Assembly: GCA_035623825.1 (NCBI GenBank)
Contig: DASPSR010000024.1
Coordinates: 1 to 64,000 of the forward strand
DNA: 64,000 nt
DNA from: Nitrospirota bacterium
Lineage (GTDB): Bacteria > Nitrospirota > UBA9217
Reading direction: 5' to 3'
Below are positions 28,518 through 38,779 of the stretch, piece after piece. The notes beneath the pieces were generated by a model, which saw only the letters and a list, made by a program, of their open reading frames with translations, was not told the DNA's origin and did not search any database. Within the stretch, counting starts at the first letter, position 1. Every line of letters begins with the position of its first letter. The position numbers were made by a program, and so were the translations under genes.

Positions 28518-29384
28518 TCACTTGCCTTTGGAGATCTTCTGAAAGCAATCCGCTGACCGGACGTTTTCCAGGTCTGAATCCTGCTTCATCTGCTGCCAGT
28601 CGTTGTAGCCATGATCAATGGCCTTCTGGAGCCAGGAACAGGATTCCATGACGTTCTTCTTCAGAGAATAGAGGCAGGCCATGTTGTAGTATCCCCGGCT
28701 GTCTGCTGGATTGAGCTCAATCGCCTTGCTCAGATCGGCCTTGGCGTCTTCGAACCGGCCGGCCTTCATATGGGCGGCACTGCGATTCCTGTATGGCTCA
28801 TCGTTCTTCGGATTGAGCTTAATGGTCTCGCTGAAATCGGCGATGGCGAGGTCTGTCTTGCCCTGTTCCAGGTAGGTTGCACCGCGGTCATTATAGGTCT
28901 CGTCATCTTTGGGATTGAGTGCAAGAGCCTTGCTAAAATCGACAATGGCCCGGTCAAGCTTCCCTTTGCTCATATAGCAGACGCCGCGGTTCTTGAACGC
29001 TATATCGTCGCGAGGATTCAGCTCGATTGCTTTATCGAGATCGGCAATGGCCAGGTAGAACTTCCTCTGCGACATATAAGCCGCGCCCCGGTTGGCGTAT
29101 GCAGAGGCATCGTTTTTGTCCTGTTCGATGGCTCGGTCCAGGTCTGCGATGGCAAGATCTGTCTTGCCTGTCGCGAGATAGGCTATACCCCGCTGCCGAT
29201 AGGAAGCGGCGATGCTCTTATCGTTGAAAAAACCGCTCTCGATCTGCTTTGTGCAAATGCTAATCGCGTCCTGGTATTTCCCCTGCCTCACCGCCTCAGA
29301 GCATCGGTCCGTGTCCGCACGGCCGGAGGCCCAAGGAATGATGATAACCAGCAATGCTACGAAAGCACAGTATCCCTTTTTCAT
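28518..29384 (-). CDS. Secreted tetratricopeptide-repeat protein
   Basis: Signal peptide, about six TPRs (AY.NRG...AIAD...AIELNP) and a C-terminal YNMACLYS..D.DL..R module. Confidence 0.9.
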   Translation of the reverse strand: MKKGYCAFVALLVIIIPWASGRADTDRCSEAVRQGKYQDAISICTKQIESGFFNDKSIAASYRQRGIAYLATGKTDLAIADLDRAIEQDKNDASAYANRGAAYMSQRKFYLAIADLDKAIELNPRDDIAFKNRGVCYMSKGKLDRAIVDFSKALALNPKDDETYNDRGATYLEQGKTDLAIADFSETIKLNPKNDEPYRNRSAAHMKAGRFEDAKADLSKAIELNPADSRGYYNMACLYSLKKNVMESCSWLQKAIDHGYNDWQQMKQDSDLENVRSADCFQKISKGK

Positions 29385-29443
29385 ATGATCTCCTTAGCAT
29401 CAGGGAATGATGTCAATGGCTGTAAATTGGACGCGCCCGCGGT

Positions 29444-30283
29444 TCATGAAGAGCGTCTCTCCAGGGCTGTCGGAACGACGAGAACAATGTCAGCCGCATC
29501 TTTGCAATCATCGTCAAACACGGGTGTGTCCTTGCTAAACGAGGATATGGTCCGGACCGTGATGTCCGGATCTTGCCGTTTTAGATACCAGCAGATGCCG
29601 CCGCAGTCCTTTGAATGATAATCACCGTTATAATGGATGAACAGGTCCTTCGGCCTGCGGTTCTTCAGGATAAAGTAGGCCATCGTGGCGTCCTTGACCG
29701 CCTGTGCGGCGACGAAGTTCTGAGCGTCCATATGCGACCCATGGGCCATGCCGATTTCCATGGCCTGGCCATATCCCGGCGTTGAAAGGTCCACCACGAT
29801 GGGAAGTGGAGCAATATATCTCTTTGCCTCATCGGCCAGGTGTTCCAGCGCCTTCATTCCATTCCGGGCGACGAGGCTGGCATATCGCCTCGGGATATTG
29901 GTCGCGATGAACCGAAGTCCGTGCTCCTTGGCGACATCGACGAGCGGGCGGTAGTCGGTATCGTAGTTCTCCCAGACCTTTGCCTCCTTTACCAGGTGCT
30001 CGTGCTCGACGAGACCGGCCAGATATTCATCCACGATCAACTGGTTGTCGGCCTCCAGCATTTCCGCGCCGAGCATCAGATCGTCCTTCTTGATCTCATA
30101 GAGGTCCCTCGTCAATTCCAGCTGCAACCAATGAACAAGGGGGTGTTCGTGAAGCTCGCCGAACAGCAGGATATCGGATTTGGCGCAGCGGTCAAGAACA
30201 TCTTGGTACGCCATCTCCGTTCCTCCCCCGTCATAGAGACGATACGCCGGCTTGTCACGGAGCTTTGGCCCCTGCTGTCGCAT
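29444..30283 (-). CDS. ChaN family (Tiki/EreA superfamily) protein
   Basis: LFGELHE, LGAEMLEADNQ, WENYDTDYRPL, ATNIPR, KDATMA, HYNGDYHS; no obvious signal peptide. Confidence 0.85.
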   Translation of the reverse strand: MRQQGPKLRDKPAYRLYDGGGTEMAYQDVLDRCAKSDILLFGELHEHPLVHWLQLELTRDLYEIKKDDLMLGAEMLEADNQLIVDEYLAGLVEHEHLVKEAKVWENYDTDYRPLVDVAKEHGLRFIATNIPRRYASLVARNGMKALEHLADEAKRYIAPLPIVVDLSTPGYGQAMEIGMAHGSHMDAQNFVAAQAVKDATMAYFILKNRRPKDLFIHYNGDYHSKDCGGICWYLKRQDPDITVRTISSFSKDTPVFDDDCKDAADIVLVVPTALERRSS

Positions 30284-30560
30284 TATGGCTCCTTTCGGTC
30301 ACTCAGCTCTAACTTCCATCTAACCTTGCCCCAGAAACCTTTACCACCACGAGAGCCGGACCTATGGTAGCATAAAACCAAAGGGAGGGCAATCAGAGGT
30401 GCAAAAAGGGGTCAGTACCGGGCAAAATCATCGGAAAGCTCAGAGAGGCGGAGTTCTCCTGAGAAAAGGATCATCGGTAGCATATGTTTTAGAGATAAAT
30501 AATAACTTTTCAAAAGGCATTCAGTGCATCTACTCACTAGACGACCTTGGTTCGATGGTG

Positions 30561-30923
30561 TCAGAATTTTATCCCCAGCACTGCTGCCGCCTTGTTCAGT
30601 CTCTTGTCAAAGGTCCAAATATGGACGTTTGTCAACACGGCCGACGCCAGTAGATGGATATCAATATATCCCAATCCTTTACCCATCAGCCGATGAGTCT
30701 CGATAAACAGCATCACTTCTTCGTGATCGGCAAGTTGAGCAGAGGGAAGTGAATCAAGCAGTGACATAATTTGTGACCGGTTTTTGAGATTTCCACAAGC
30801 CAGTTCGCCGAGGATGAACGGATGGCAGACGACCTGTCCGTCATTCAACGATGATTCAAGCCCGGTTGTCCCGCTTCTGAGGTGCTCGACCCATACCGAT
30901 GTATCGACCAGCACCATTTTCAC
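30561..30923 (-). CDS. vapC: PIN-domain toxin (VapC)
   Basis: VLVDTSVWVEH, HPFILGELACG, GLGYIDIHLLAS, WTFDKRL. Confidence 0.9.
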   Translation of the reverse strand: MKMVLVDTSVWVEHLRSGTTGLESSLNDGQVVCHPFILGELACGNLKNRSQIMSLLDSLPSAQLADHEEVMLFIETHRLMGKGLGYIDIHLLASAVLTNVHIWTFDKRLNKAAAVLGIKF

Positions 30924-31117
30924 CTGACCGCCGTTCGTCGCCGAGGTATCGCCTTTAATCCTTTTTCTGACCCGCCCAGACGTGCGAGCCGCTTGGCGCT
31001 CTCAATTGCTATCAGCGACTCGAGCCCGCGTTTGACAAGCGATGTTTTTTCCTTAATCCCGGTTAACTTCGCCGCCTTATCGAGCAGTTTGTCCTCAATA
31101 TTCAATGTCGTCCGCAT
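30920..31117 (-). CDS. vapB: VapB antitoxin (RHH type)
   Basis: MRTTLNIEDKLL..A..LTG..EKT.LV..GL; overlaps vapC; upstream ATGTATTAAT repeats (31154-31173) are a likely operator. Confidence 0.9.
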   Translation of the reverse strand: MRTTLNIEDKLLDKAAKLTGIKEKTSLVKRGLESLIAIESAKRLARLGGSEKGLKAIPRRRTAVR

Positions 31118-31626
31118 GTCAGTGCCTCCCAGCCAATAGATATGCGTAATCATATGTATTAATATGTATTAATTTGCATCAATCTTATGCCGATGTCAAG
31201 GGGTTTTAAGCGGCATGGTGCGGCCAGTCTGAGTTTGGCATATTTTTCTACATACCGCTTAACCAATGTGTTGGCATCAATATAGAGATCATGTCACATT
31301 CATCATAATCGTCCCAATAGATTGTTCTTCAGTACCTTGTCATTATATTGACAATTTCTTTGCCTCCCCTACCCTAAAATAATCATAAAACATCGTAATT
31401 TCAATGCGTTATTCATAGCACTAAAATTGCTAGTCATATTGAATGGCTGTTGGTCGGATATACGTGTCCCACGACCCCGAATATAGCGTTCGTTGACGAT
31501 GTACCGGTTGCACTTTGTAACATGCCGGCAAAGTTGGAATTTAGCGTTGAAACTAAGGCCCGGGTGATCGTACCACGATCGATCATCCACCTTGCCGTTG
31601 TTCTTTAGTGACGAAGAGAATCGTGT

Positions 31627-34600
31627 ATGAGATTTGGAACACATCATAGCATCTTGAGACTTGCTGGAAACGCCATCATTTGCGTGGTTTTCGGGTTGAT
31701 CATGGCCGAGTCGGTCTCGGCCTCGATCCTGAACGAGCCCATGACCCACTCCACTGCGCCTGGCTGGGTGATAGGCGGGTCGGCATTCCTCACAGCAAGT
31801 AGCGGGCTCGATCCGGACGGAAACGGGTGGCTCCGGCTGACCGACCTGGGGGGCAACGAGGCTGGCTACGCCTATCTGAACACAGGGTTCGACATCACCC
31901 AGGGCGCGGTCATTCAATACGACTACGTCACCTGGGGCGGCGCGGGCGACGGTGGCTTCGGCTGCGGGACGACCGGAGCAGACGGCTACAGCGTCTTTCT
32001 CTTCGACGGCTCGCAGCCTTTCTCGGTCGGGGCATCGGGCGGATCGCTGGGCTATGCCCAGAAGACGGTTGCTCCAGTGAATCCGGGCCTGAATTACGGC
32101 TACATCGGCGTTGGTATCGACGAGTGGGGCAACTTTTCAAACCCCACCGAGGGGCGAATCGGCGGTCCGGGAGGCCGCTGCGATGCCGTGGCTCTCCGCG
32201 GTCCTTATAATCATCCCTCCGGCGCATACTTCTACCTCGGCGGGACCGCTTCCAGCATTGCGCAGTTGTCTTTCCCTGGCCAGGCCTACCGGCCCAGCCA
32301 GACCGGGATGGAATACCGCAAGGTCGTCGTTTACCTTACGCCCCAGTCAGCCCCGAACTATCTCAGGGTCGATGTATATCTCCAAGTCGGTTACAATCAG
32401 CCCCTCACACAGGTCCTGAACGGCCTCATGGTCGGCCGACCGGTGCCCGCAACGGTCATGATCGGCTACGCGGCGAGCACCGGCGGATCGAACAACTACC
32501 ACGAAATCAGAAACCTCATCGTCGACCCGCTTCCGTCGTCAGACATCGACCTATCGATCTCAAAGATCGCATCATCGCCCACTGTCACCCAGAGCGGCCC
32601 GATCACTTATACAGTGACCGCACGCAACAACGGCCCGAGCAACATCACGGCGAACAATGTGCCTATCACCGACACCGTCCCCTCTTTGATTACCGGTGTC
32701 ACCTGGACATGCGCCGCCGCAGGGGGGGCAACATGCGGAGCCGGATCGGGAAGCGGCAACGCCATCAATACCACCGCCACGCTGCCCCTGAACGGCTCTG
32801 CGGTCTATACCATCACCGGGACCGTCAGCGCCTCCGCCCCGCTCGGCACCCAAATTACCAACACGGCGGCGCTCACGGTCCCCGGGGGCATCAACGACTA
32901 CAACTCCTCCAACAACAGCTCGTCCGTGACCGTTTCGGTTACCGCAGCGCCGATCAGCATCTCCGGTATTGTCTTCAATGACAACGGCGCGGGCGGCGGG
33001 ACCGCCCACAACGGCGTGCAGGACGGGACCGAGGGAACAACGAATCAGACGGGGATGTATGCAAAGCTGTTCCGGTCAAGCGATCTGTCAACGGCACTTC
33101 AGACGTACGCGATCGCAGCGGCGGGTACATACACCTTCACGAACGTGCCGTCCTACGACAACTACACGGTCATCATCAGCAACGTGAACGATACGAATTT
33201 CAATCCCGGCCCCCCGAACGCCAACTGGGTCTATACCGCTCCCGCCAACTACACGCTGACCATGTCCGCCGGCGGCAGCAACCTGACCAACCAGAACTTC
33301 GGTCTCTGGAACGGCTCGCGAGTTTCCGGCAAGGTCATCAATGACAACGGCCTGAACGGCCCGATCTCCAACGCAAACGACGGCGTGCTGAACGCCGCGG
33401 AAACCGGGATCGCAGGCGTGACCGTGCGGCTGACGAACAACACCGGAGGCACAACCTACGACACGACGACTACTGACAGCGGAGGGAATTTCGCGCTCTA
33501 TACGAATACAGCGAGCGCTACGCTCAGGATCTACGAAACCAACCTGGCGGGATACATTTCCGTGAACTACAACGCCGGCACTACAGGCGGAACCTATACC
33601 ATCGGCAGCGACTACATCCAGTTTGCGTACACTCTCTACACCGATTACACCGGTGTCATCTTCAGCGACGTCCTGGACAACACCTTTTTGCTTGCTACGG
33701 GAGCCAAAAACGGGTCGGCCACGGCCCCGGTCTATTATGCCCACACTCTCACACCCAACACCGGCGGCAGCGTCTCCTTTTCGGTCAGCAGCAGGACCCA
33801 GGGCTCCTGGCCCGCGGTGGCATTCTACCAGGACACGAACTGCAACGGCGTTTACGATTCCGGCATCGACACACTGATCTCAGGGGCGATCACCGTTTAC
33901 GCCGGAACGCCGCTCTGCATCCTGGTCCAAGAGAACATACCATCGAGCGCGACGAACGGGACTGTGGACGCGATCGCGACGCAGGCGACCTTCACCTATA
34001 CCAACTCCGTGGGGCCTGTTGTCAGGACCTACAATGTGACGGACACGACCACAGTTGTGGCCTCCAATCTCTCGACGTCCACCAAGACCTGGACCGATCC
34101 CAACGGCGGCGACCAGAATCCCGGCGACCTGATCCCGTACACAATTACGCTCATCGAAACGGCAGGGGTCGCTGCCTCGGGCGTTACAGTGACGGACACC
34201 TTCCCGGCGGCGTTGACGAGTTTATCGGTCACGAGCTGCCCCGCGGGGGCGACCTGCAGCTTCGCAGGACAGACGCTCACCGCTACCAATGTCTCGGTCC
34301 CTGCGAGCGGGTCTGCCTCTATCGTCGTGTCCACCACAATAGCGGGCGGGACCACGGCCGGCACGACGATCAACAACACGGCCACGATCACGAACCCGGC
34401 GGGCCCGGGCGCGACGCCCGTAGCCCCGACGATCACGGTGTCCCAGTCGCAGGTTCCCGCCAGCGGCAACAAGCCGCTTTATCTGTACGACAACACGTCC
34501 ACCCCTCCTTACAAGCTTTCCCGGACAGCGCCGACAGCCGGTGCGGAGGTCACGATCAACGCCACATCATCGCAAACCTGGTCCCAAAACCCGGCTGCCG

Positions 34601-35727
34601 CGGGAGCCATCACGATCAACCCATCGGTAAGTGCCACGGTGCCGGTCTATCTATACGTAAGAGCGGGCACCACGAACGGCAACAGAAGCGTCACGGTCAG
34701 CCTCCAGTGTTCGTCGGGAGGCACGACGCTCACCCAGACGCAAACGCTTGCATTGAACAACACCATAACGCTTTACACCTACGGCCTGCCGCTCGGAGCT
34801 GCTTTGACCTGCGGAGCGGCCAACCGTTGGAACCTTACGGTCACGAACAACAGCGCGGCGGACTCGATCCGCGTCTCCCCGTACACCGGCGGCAACGTTT
34901 CCCGGGCCGTCCTTCCCTCAACCACGGTCATTAGCGTCAGCAGCGTCACCGCCTACAGCACAGCCTATCCCGGCACGACGCAACCCCTTGCGTTTACCTC
35001 AGGCAACATATACCTGCGTGCCGTGGTTAGCGACCCCTTCGGAAGCTACGATATCAACGCCAGCAACAATGCCACGACCCAGCCCAAGGTCACGATCAAG
35101 AACCCGAGCGGCACAGCCGTCGTGAGCGCCCAGCCCATGCCCCAGGCCGCGGACTCCGGCGCGGCGACCAAGACCTTCGAGTACGTCTATACGCCTGCGT
35201 CGTCGGTGCCCTCGGGGTACTGGACGGTGTCCGTCACGGCTCCCGAAGGGACGGAAGGAACTATTTCGGACACGGGGGTCGGCACGTTCTACATCGCACC
35301 GAGCCTGACGGCCGTCAAGACGGTACAGGCCGTTTCCGATCCTGTGAACGGCGGGACCACCCCCAAACCAATCCCTGGTGCTGCCATGCAATACACCCTT
35401 GTGGTCACGAACAGCAGCTTCGGGTTGGCGGACAACAATTCGATGGTGGTGACGGACGCAATCCCGACCAACACGAGCATGTGCGTTTCGAACACCTGCT
35501 CCAACCCGCCCGTTGCCTTTTCCTGCGCATCCTGCGGACTGAGCTACGTCTACGGAAGCAACGTCACCTATTCCAACCAAGCGGGCGGCGGGGCGCCGTA
35601 CAACTACACGCCGACGCCGGATGCTAACGGCTTTGACGCGAACGTCACGGGCGTCCGCGTGAACCCCACAGGAGCGATGGCGGGCAACACGTCATTCAAC
35701 ATGATTTTCCAGGTGAAGGTGCAATGA
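31627..35727 (+). CDS. Large secreted adhesin: L-type lectin + DUF11 and SdrD-B-like Ig domains, ending in an incomplete DUF11 domain
   Basis: Signal peptide; legume-lectin motifs (WLRLT, GADG, GGSLGY, IGIDEWGNF, ASTGG..NYHE); two complete DUF11 repeats; terminal domain LTAVKT...YTLVVTN...VVTDAIP...IFQVKVQ. Confidence 0.85.
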   Translation: MRFGTHHSILRLAGNAIICVVFGLIMAESVSASILNEPMTHSTAPGWVIGGSAFLTASSGLDPDGNGWLRLTDLGGNEAGYAYLNTGFDITQGAVIQYDYVTWGGAGDGGFGCGTTGADGYSVFLFDGSQPFSVGASGGSLGYAQKTVAPVNPGLNYGYIGVGIDEWGNFSNPTEGRIGGPGGRCDAVALRGPYNHPSGAYFYLGGTASSIAQLSFPGQAYRPSQTGMEYRKVVVYLTPQSAPNYLRVDVYLQVGYNQPLTQVLNGLMVGRPVPATVMIGYAASTGGSNNYHEIRNLIVDPLPSSDIDLSISKIASSPTVTQSGPITYTVTARNNGPSNITANNVPITDTVPSLITGVTWTCAAAGGATCGAGSGSGNAINTTATLPLNGSAVYTITGTVSASAPLGTQITNTAALTVPGGINDYNSSNNSSSVTVSVTAAPISISGIVFNDNGAGGGTAHNGVQDGTEGTTNQTGMYAKLFRSSDLSTALQTYAIAAAGTYTFTNVPSYDNYTVIISNVNDTNFNPGPPNANWVYTAPANYTLTMSAGGSNLTNQNFGLWNGSRVSGKVINDNGLNGPISNANDGVLNAAETGIAGVTVRLTNNTGGTTYDTTTTDSGGNFALYTNTASATLRIYETNLAGYISVNYNAGTTGGTYTIGSDYIQFAYTLYTDYTGVIFSDVLDNTFLLATGAKNGSATAPVYYAHTLTPNTGGSVSFSVSSRTQGSWPAVAFYQDTNCNGVYDSGIDTLISGAITVYAGTPLCILVQENIPSSATNGTVDAIATQATFTYTNSVGPVVRTYNVTDTTTVVASNLSTSTKTWTDPNGGDQNPGDLIPYTITLIETAGVAASGVTVTDTFPAALTSLSVTSCPAGATCSFAGQTLTATNVSVPASGSASIVVSTTIAGGTTAGTTINNTATITNPAGPGATPVAPTITVSQSQVPASGNKPLYLYDNTSTPPYKLSRTAPTAGAEVTINATSSQTWSQNPAAAGAITINPSVSATVPVYLYVRAGTTNGNRSVTVSLQCSSGGTTLTQTQTLALNNTITLYTYGLPLGAALTCGAANRWNLTVTNNSAADSIRVSPYTGGNVSRAVLPSTTVISVSSVTAYSTAYPGTTQPLAFTSGNIYLRAVVSDPFGSYDINASNNATTQPKVTIKNPSGTAVVSAQPMPQAADSGAATKTFEYVYTPASSVPSGYWTVSVTAPEGTEGTISDTGVGTFYIAPSLTAVKTVQAVSDPVNGGTTPKPIPGAAMQYTLVVTNSSFGLADNNSMVVTDAIPTNTSMCVSNTCSNPPVAFSCASCGLSYVYGSNVTYSNQAGGGAPYNYTPTPDANGFDANVTGVRVNPTGAMAGNTSFNMIFQVKVQ

Positions 35728-36848
35728 AAGAGTCGACATTCATACACAAACGTCATGGACGAAGGTCCGGCCGCGTTCGGGGCAAGATGCTGCTCCTTGC
35801 AGCGCTGTATATGATCTCCTGTTTCGTCGCGGGGCATGCCTTTGCCCTTGGCACTCCTGCCGGCACCGTGATCGGCAATACGGCCACTGTCATCTATACC
35901 ATGAGCGGGAACAATTACACCACTTCCAGCAATACGAACGCCATCAGGGTGGACGACAAGGTCAACTTCACCCTGACCGCCTCGAACGTCTCCGACGTGG
36001 CGATTGCACCCGGAGGCAGGGCGTCCATGGCGTACATCCTGACCAACACTGGCAACGGGCCACACGACTTCACGCTCAAACCGGCGGTAACGGGAGTACC
36101 GACGCTCGTGCCGGCGGCGGGCCCAGCATTCTATGCTGACACTGCCGGCACGGCGGCCCTGCCGACCGACCCGAACGCCAACGGACTCCCCTACATAAGC
36201 GCCCTGGCACCCGATGCATCCCGGACCGTGTACCTCTATATCACAGCGCCTGCCCAGCCCGTGGACGGACAGGCCATCGACTACCTCGTGACCGCGGAGG
36301 CGTACCAGCCCGCCAATCTGGGCGTGGTGAACCCGCCGGTGAAATCATCCACGGCGGCAGCCGCCGGAGCGTCCGCGAACAAGAACGCGAACCTCATGAC
36401 CCAGTACGTTGTGCTGGGAGACGGGCACGGCAATGGCGGAGACGCGGACCGGGACGGTCTCTATGCCGTGCTGGCGAAGGACGGAAGCGGCAACACGGTC
36501 GGGTTCAAGGCTCAGGCCGCGACGGTAACCGTGGCCAAGACGGCCGTGGTGACGGACCAGTATGGCGGCTCCCAACCTATGACCGGCGCAACGATCCGCT
36601 ACACCCTCTCGGTGACAGCCTCGGGCTCGGGAACCGCGATGAATGTCGTGGTCACGGACGCCGTGCCGGCGAACACAACCTATGTTCCGGGCACGCTCAA
36701 GCTGAACGGCACGGCCCTTTCCGACGCGCTCGACAGTGACGCCGGCGACGTTGGAGGGACCACCCCGGGGTCCGTAACGGTAACGCTCGGGAATCTGACG
36801 AGTACGTCGCCGGTCCAGACCATAACGTTTGCCGTCAGGATAAATTGA
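35724..36848 (+). CDS. DUF11-family secreted protein (putative fibre subunit)
   Basis: Signal peptide ending AFA, mature N-terminus LGTPAGTVIGNTATV, C-terminal VAKT...YTL...VVTDAVP...TITFAVRIN; the start may be the ATG at 35787. Confidence 0.85.
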   Translation: MKESTFIHKRHGRRSGRVRGKMLLLAALYMISCFVAGHAFALGTPAGTVIGNTATVIYTMSGNNYTTSSNTNAIRVDDKVNFTLTASNVSDVAIAPGGRASMAYILTNTGNGPHDFTLKPAVTGVPTLVPAAGPAFYADTAGTAALPTDPNANGLPYISALAPDASRTVYLYITAPAQPVDGQAIDYLVTAEAYQPANLGVVNPPVKSSTAAAAGASANKNANLMTQYVVLGDGHGNGGDADRDGLYAVLAKDGSGNTVGFKAQAATVTVAKTAVVTDQYGGSQPMTGATIRYTLSVTASGSGTAMNVVVTDAVPANTTYVPGTLKLNGTALSDALDSDAGDVGGTTPGSVTVTLGNLTSTSPVQTITFAVRIN

Positions 36849-36944
36849 TCAGAATCCAAGGAAAGGAGGCCATGTGTTACCGGAAGATGATGCAAGGTTT
36901 TCGAAACAAACAATCAATCTACTAATTCAAAAGGAGGAATGGTT

Positions 36945-37436
36945 ATGACAAACAGAATGTTCGGCATCATGCTCGCTCTCCTGCTGCTGACGACGGCGGC
37001 CTGGGCGCAGCAAAAGGGAGCCATCGAGCTCGTAACAAAAGCGGAAGTTGATGTGACGGAAACGAACGAGCAGGGAAAACAGGTGACGAAAAGAGTTGAT
37101 GCTTCAAAGGCAAACGTCGTGCCCGGCGACACGGTCATCTACACGATCTATTACACGAATAACGGCGACAAGCCGGCGACCAATGTCGTCATCCAGGACA
37201 AGGTGCCCGAGCACATGGTCTACGTAGAGGGAAGCGCAACGGGGAAAGACGCGCAGGTCGAATTCTCCACGGACCACGGAAAGAACTACGGGGCATCGGA
37301 CGCGCTCACGATCACCGATCTCCAGGGAAACAGACGAAAGGCAGCGGCCGCTGATTACACTGACATCCGGTGGATCGTGGCCAAGCTGGCTGCCGGGGCC
37401 AAAGGGAGCGTTACGTTCAATGCACGGGTGAAATGA
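36945..37436 (+). CDS. Small single-domain DUF11-like periplasmic protein
   Basis: RBS AAGGAGG, signal ending AWA, PGDTVIYTIYYTN...VIQDKVP...IRW...VTFNARVK. Confidence 0.85.
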   Translation: MTNRMFGIMLALLLLTTAAWAQQKGAIELVTKAEVDVTETNEQGKQVTKRVDASKANVVPGDTVIYTIYYTNNGDKPATNVVIQDKVPEHMVYVEGSATGKDAQVEFSTDHGKNYGASDALTITDLQGNRRKAAAADYTDIRWIVAKLAAGAKGSVTFNARVK

Positions 37437-37584
37437 GGAATTATGAAAAACAAAGAAAAATTCAAATCTACCAGAAAGGGGCGGTTTTGTGAAAAACACA
37501 TGCGCGATGAAGGAAAAGAGAAAGGAAGCAACGAGTCTTCAACATGCTGCAACCAACGGTTCAATATCTTTGCAAGGAGGAACT

Positions 37585-38757
37585 ATGAATATGTGTAAGG
37601 TTTACACACTCATTTCGGTGCTCCTGATCGGGGCGCTCGCAGCGGCTCTGCCGCAAGGGGCCCTGGCGGCCGGGACACTCGCCTGTACCCAGATCAACAA
37701 CAGGGCGTTCGTTAATTACCAGGTGGGAGGCATCCCGCAGACCCAGGTCGGATCCACCGACGGCTCGGGCAACAATAACACCTCGTTCTATGTGGGCGTC
37801 AAGGTGAACGTTACTGTGGCAACGACGGACGCGGCCAACGTGACCGTGAATCCAGGCGCGACCGGCACACAGACCCACTTCACGGTCACGAACAACGGCA
37901 ATGCGCCCCAGAAGTACGTCCTTACCTATGTGGCTGAGCCGAACGGAACGAGCAGCCCCTTCTCAGGAACGGACAACACCGATCTCAACAACATAGTCAT
38001 TTCGAGCGCCACGATCACCAGCCTGGCCCCGAACGCAAGCCAGCCGATAACCATCGCGGCGGATACTCCGCTTACCGCCACGAACGGACAGATCGCCGTG
38101 TACGCCCTGAAGGCCCAGACCCAGTGGGTCGGATCAAGCACCAGTGTGACCACCAAGGACAGCCAGGTCACCGCAGCAACGGTCAATGACAGCGGCCTCT
38201 GCACGGCGCTGGGCGCCGGCGTGAACATCGACGTCGTCGCCGGAGACGTGGCGGGCACCGACGATAACGCGAACGACGGAGCGCATTCGGCACGGAGTGC
38301 GTACGCGGTCTCCGCTTCGACCCTCACCGTCACGAAGACCTCGGCCGTGTATTGGGACCCGGTAAACCTTACTGTCACCCCTAAGGCCATCCCGGGCGCG
38401 GTCGTGACCTATACGATGACCATCGCGAATGCTGCAGGTTCCGCCAATGCTACCAGCGTGGTATTGAGCGACGACCTGACTGCGCAAATAGCGAATCTGA
38501 CCTTTGGAAACGGCCAGAGCGGCGCGCCGAACACATCATTCAATGACGGTGTGACCAACTGCACCGGAAGCGGCGCGGGATACGGCATTGTGGTCGCAGG
38601 CGCCTGCAAGACGAACGTGTACAACGCCAATGATGACGGGGCTTCCTGGAGCGATGCCGCTGATCCGAATGGAGGTGCAAACAAGATCGCCGTCAGCGGC
38701 CTGACGGTGAACGGAGGTGCAAACGTCGTTATCAAATATCAGGTGACCATCAAGTAG
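37585..38757 (+). CDS. DUF11-family secreted protein (putative major fibre subunit)
   Basis: ATG 37585 after AAGGAGG; signal ending ALA; mature AGTLACTQINNRAFV; C-terminal VTKTS..DPVN..PKAIPGAVVTYT...IKYQVTIK. Confidence 0.85.
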   Translation: MNMCKVYTLISVLLIGALAAALPQGALAAGTLACTQINNRAFVNYQVGGIPQTQVGSTDGSGNNNTSFYVGVKVNVTVATTDAANVTVNPGATGTQTHFTVTNNGNAPQKYVLTYVAEPNGTSSPFSGTDNTDLNNIVISSATITSLAPNASQPITIAADTPLTATNGQIAVYALKAQTQWVGSSTSVTTKDSQVTAATVNDSGLCTALGAGVNIDVVAGDVAGTDDNANDGAHSARSAYAVSASTLTVTKTSAVYWDPVNLTVTPKAIPGAVVTYTMTIANAAGSANATSVVLSDDLTAQIANLTFGNGQSGAPNTSFNDGVTNCTGSGAGYGIVVAGACKTNVYNANDDGASWSDAADPNGGANKIAVSGLTVNGGANVVIKYQVTIK

Positions 38758-38779
38758 CGGTAGCGAAAGAAGGATTGCG

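Noticed and set aside
28611-29618. 335-aa plus-strand ORF and many similar antisense ORFs (e.g. 48656-49621, 50216-51175, 39029-39955)
   Set aside because: These are shadow frames opposite or overlapping well-supported GC-rich genes, with no recognisable motifs.
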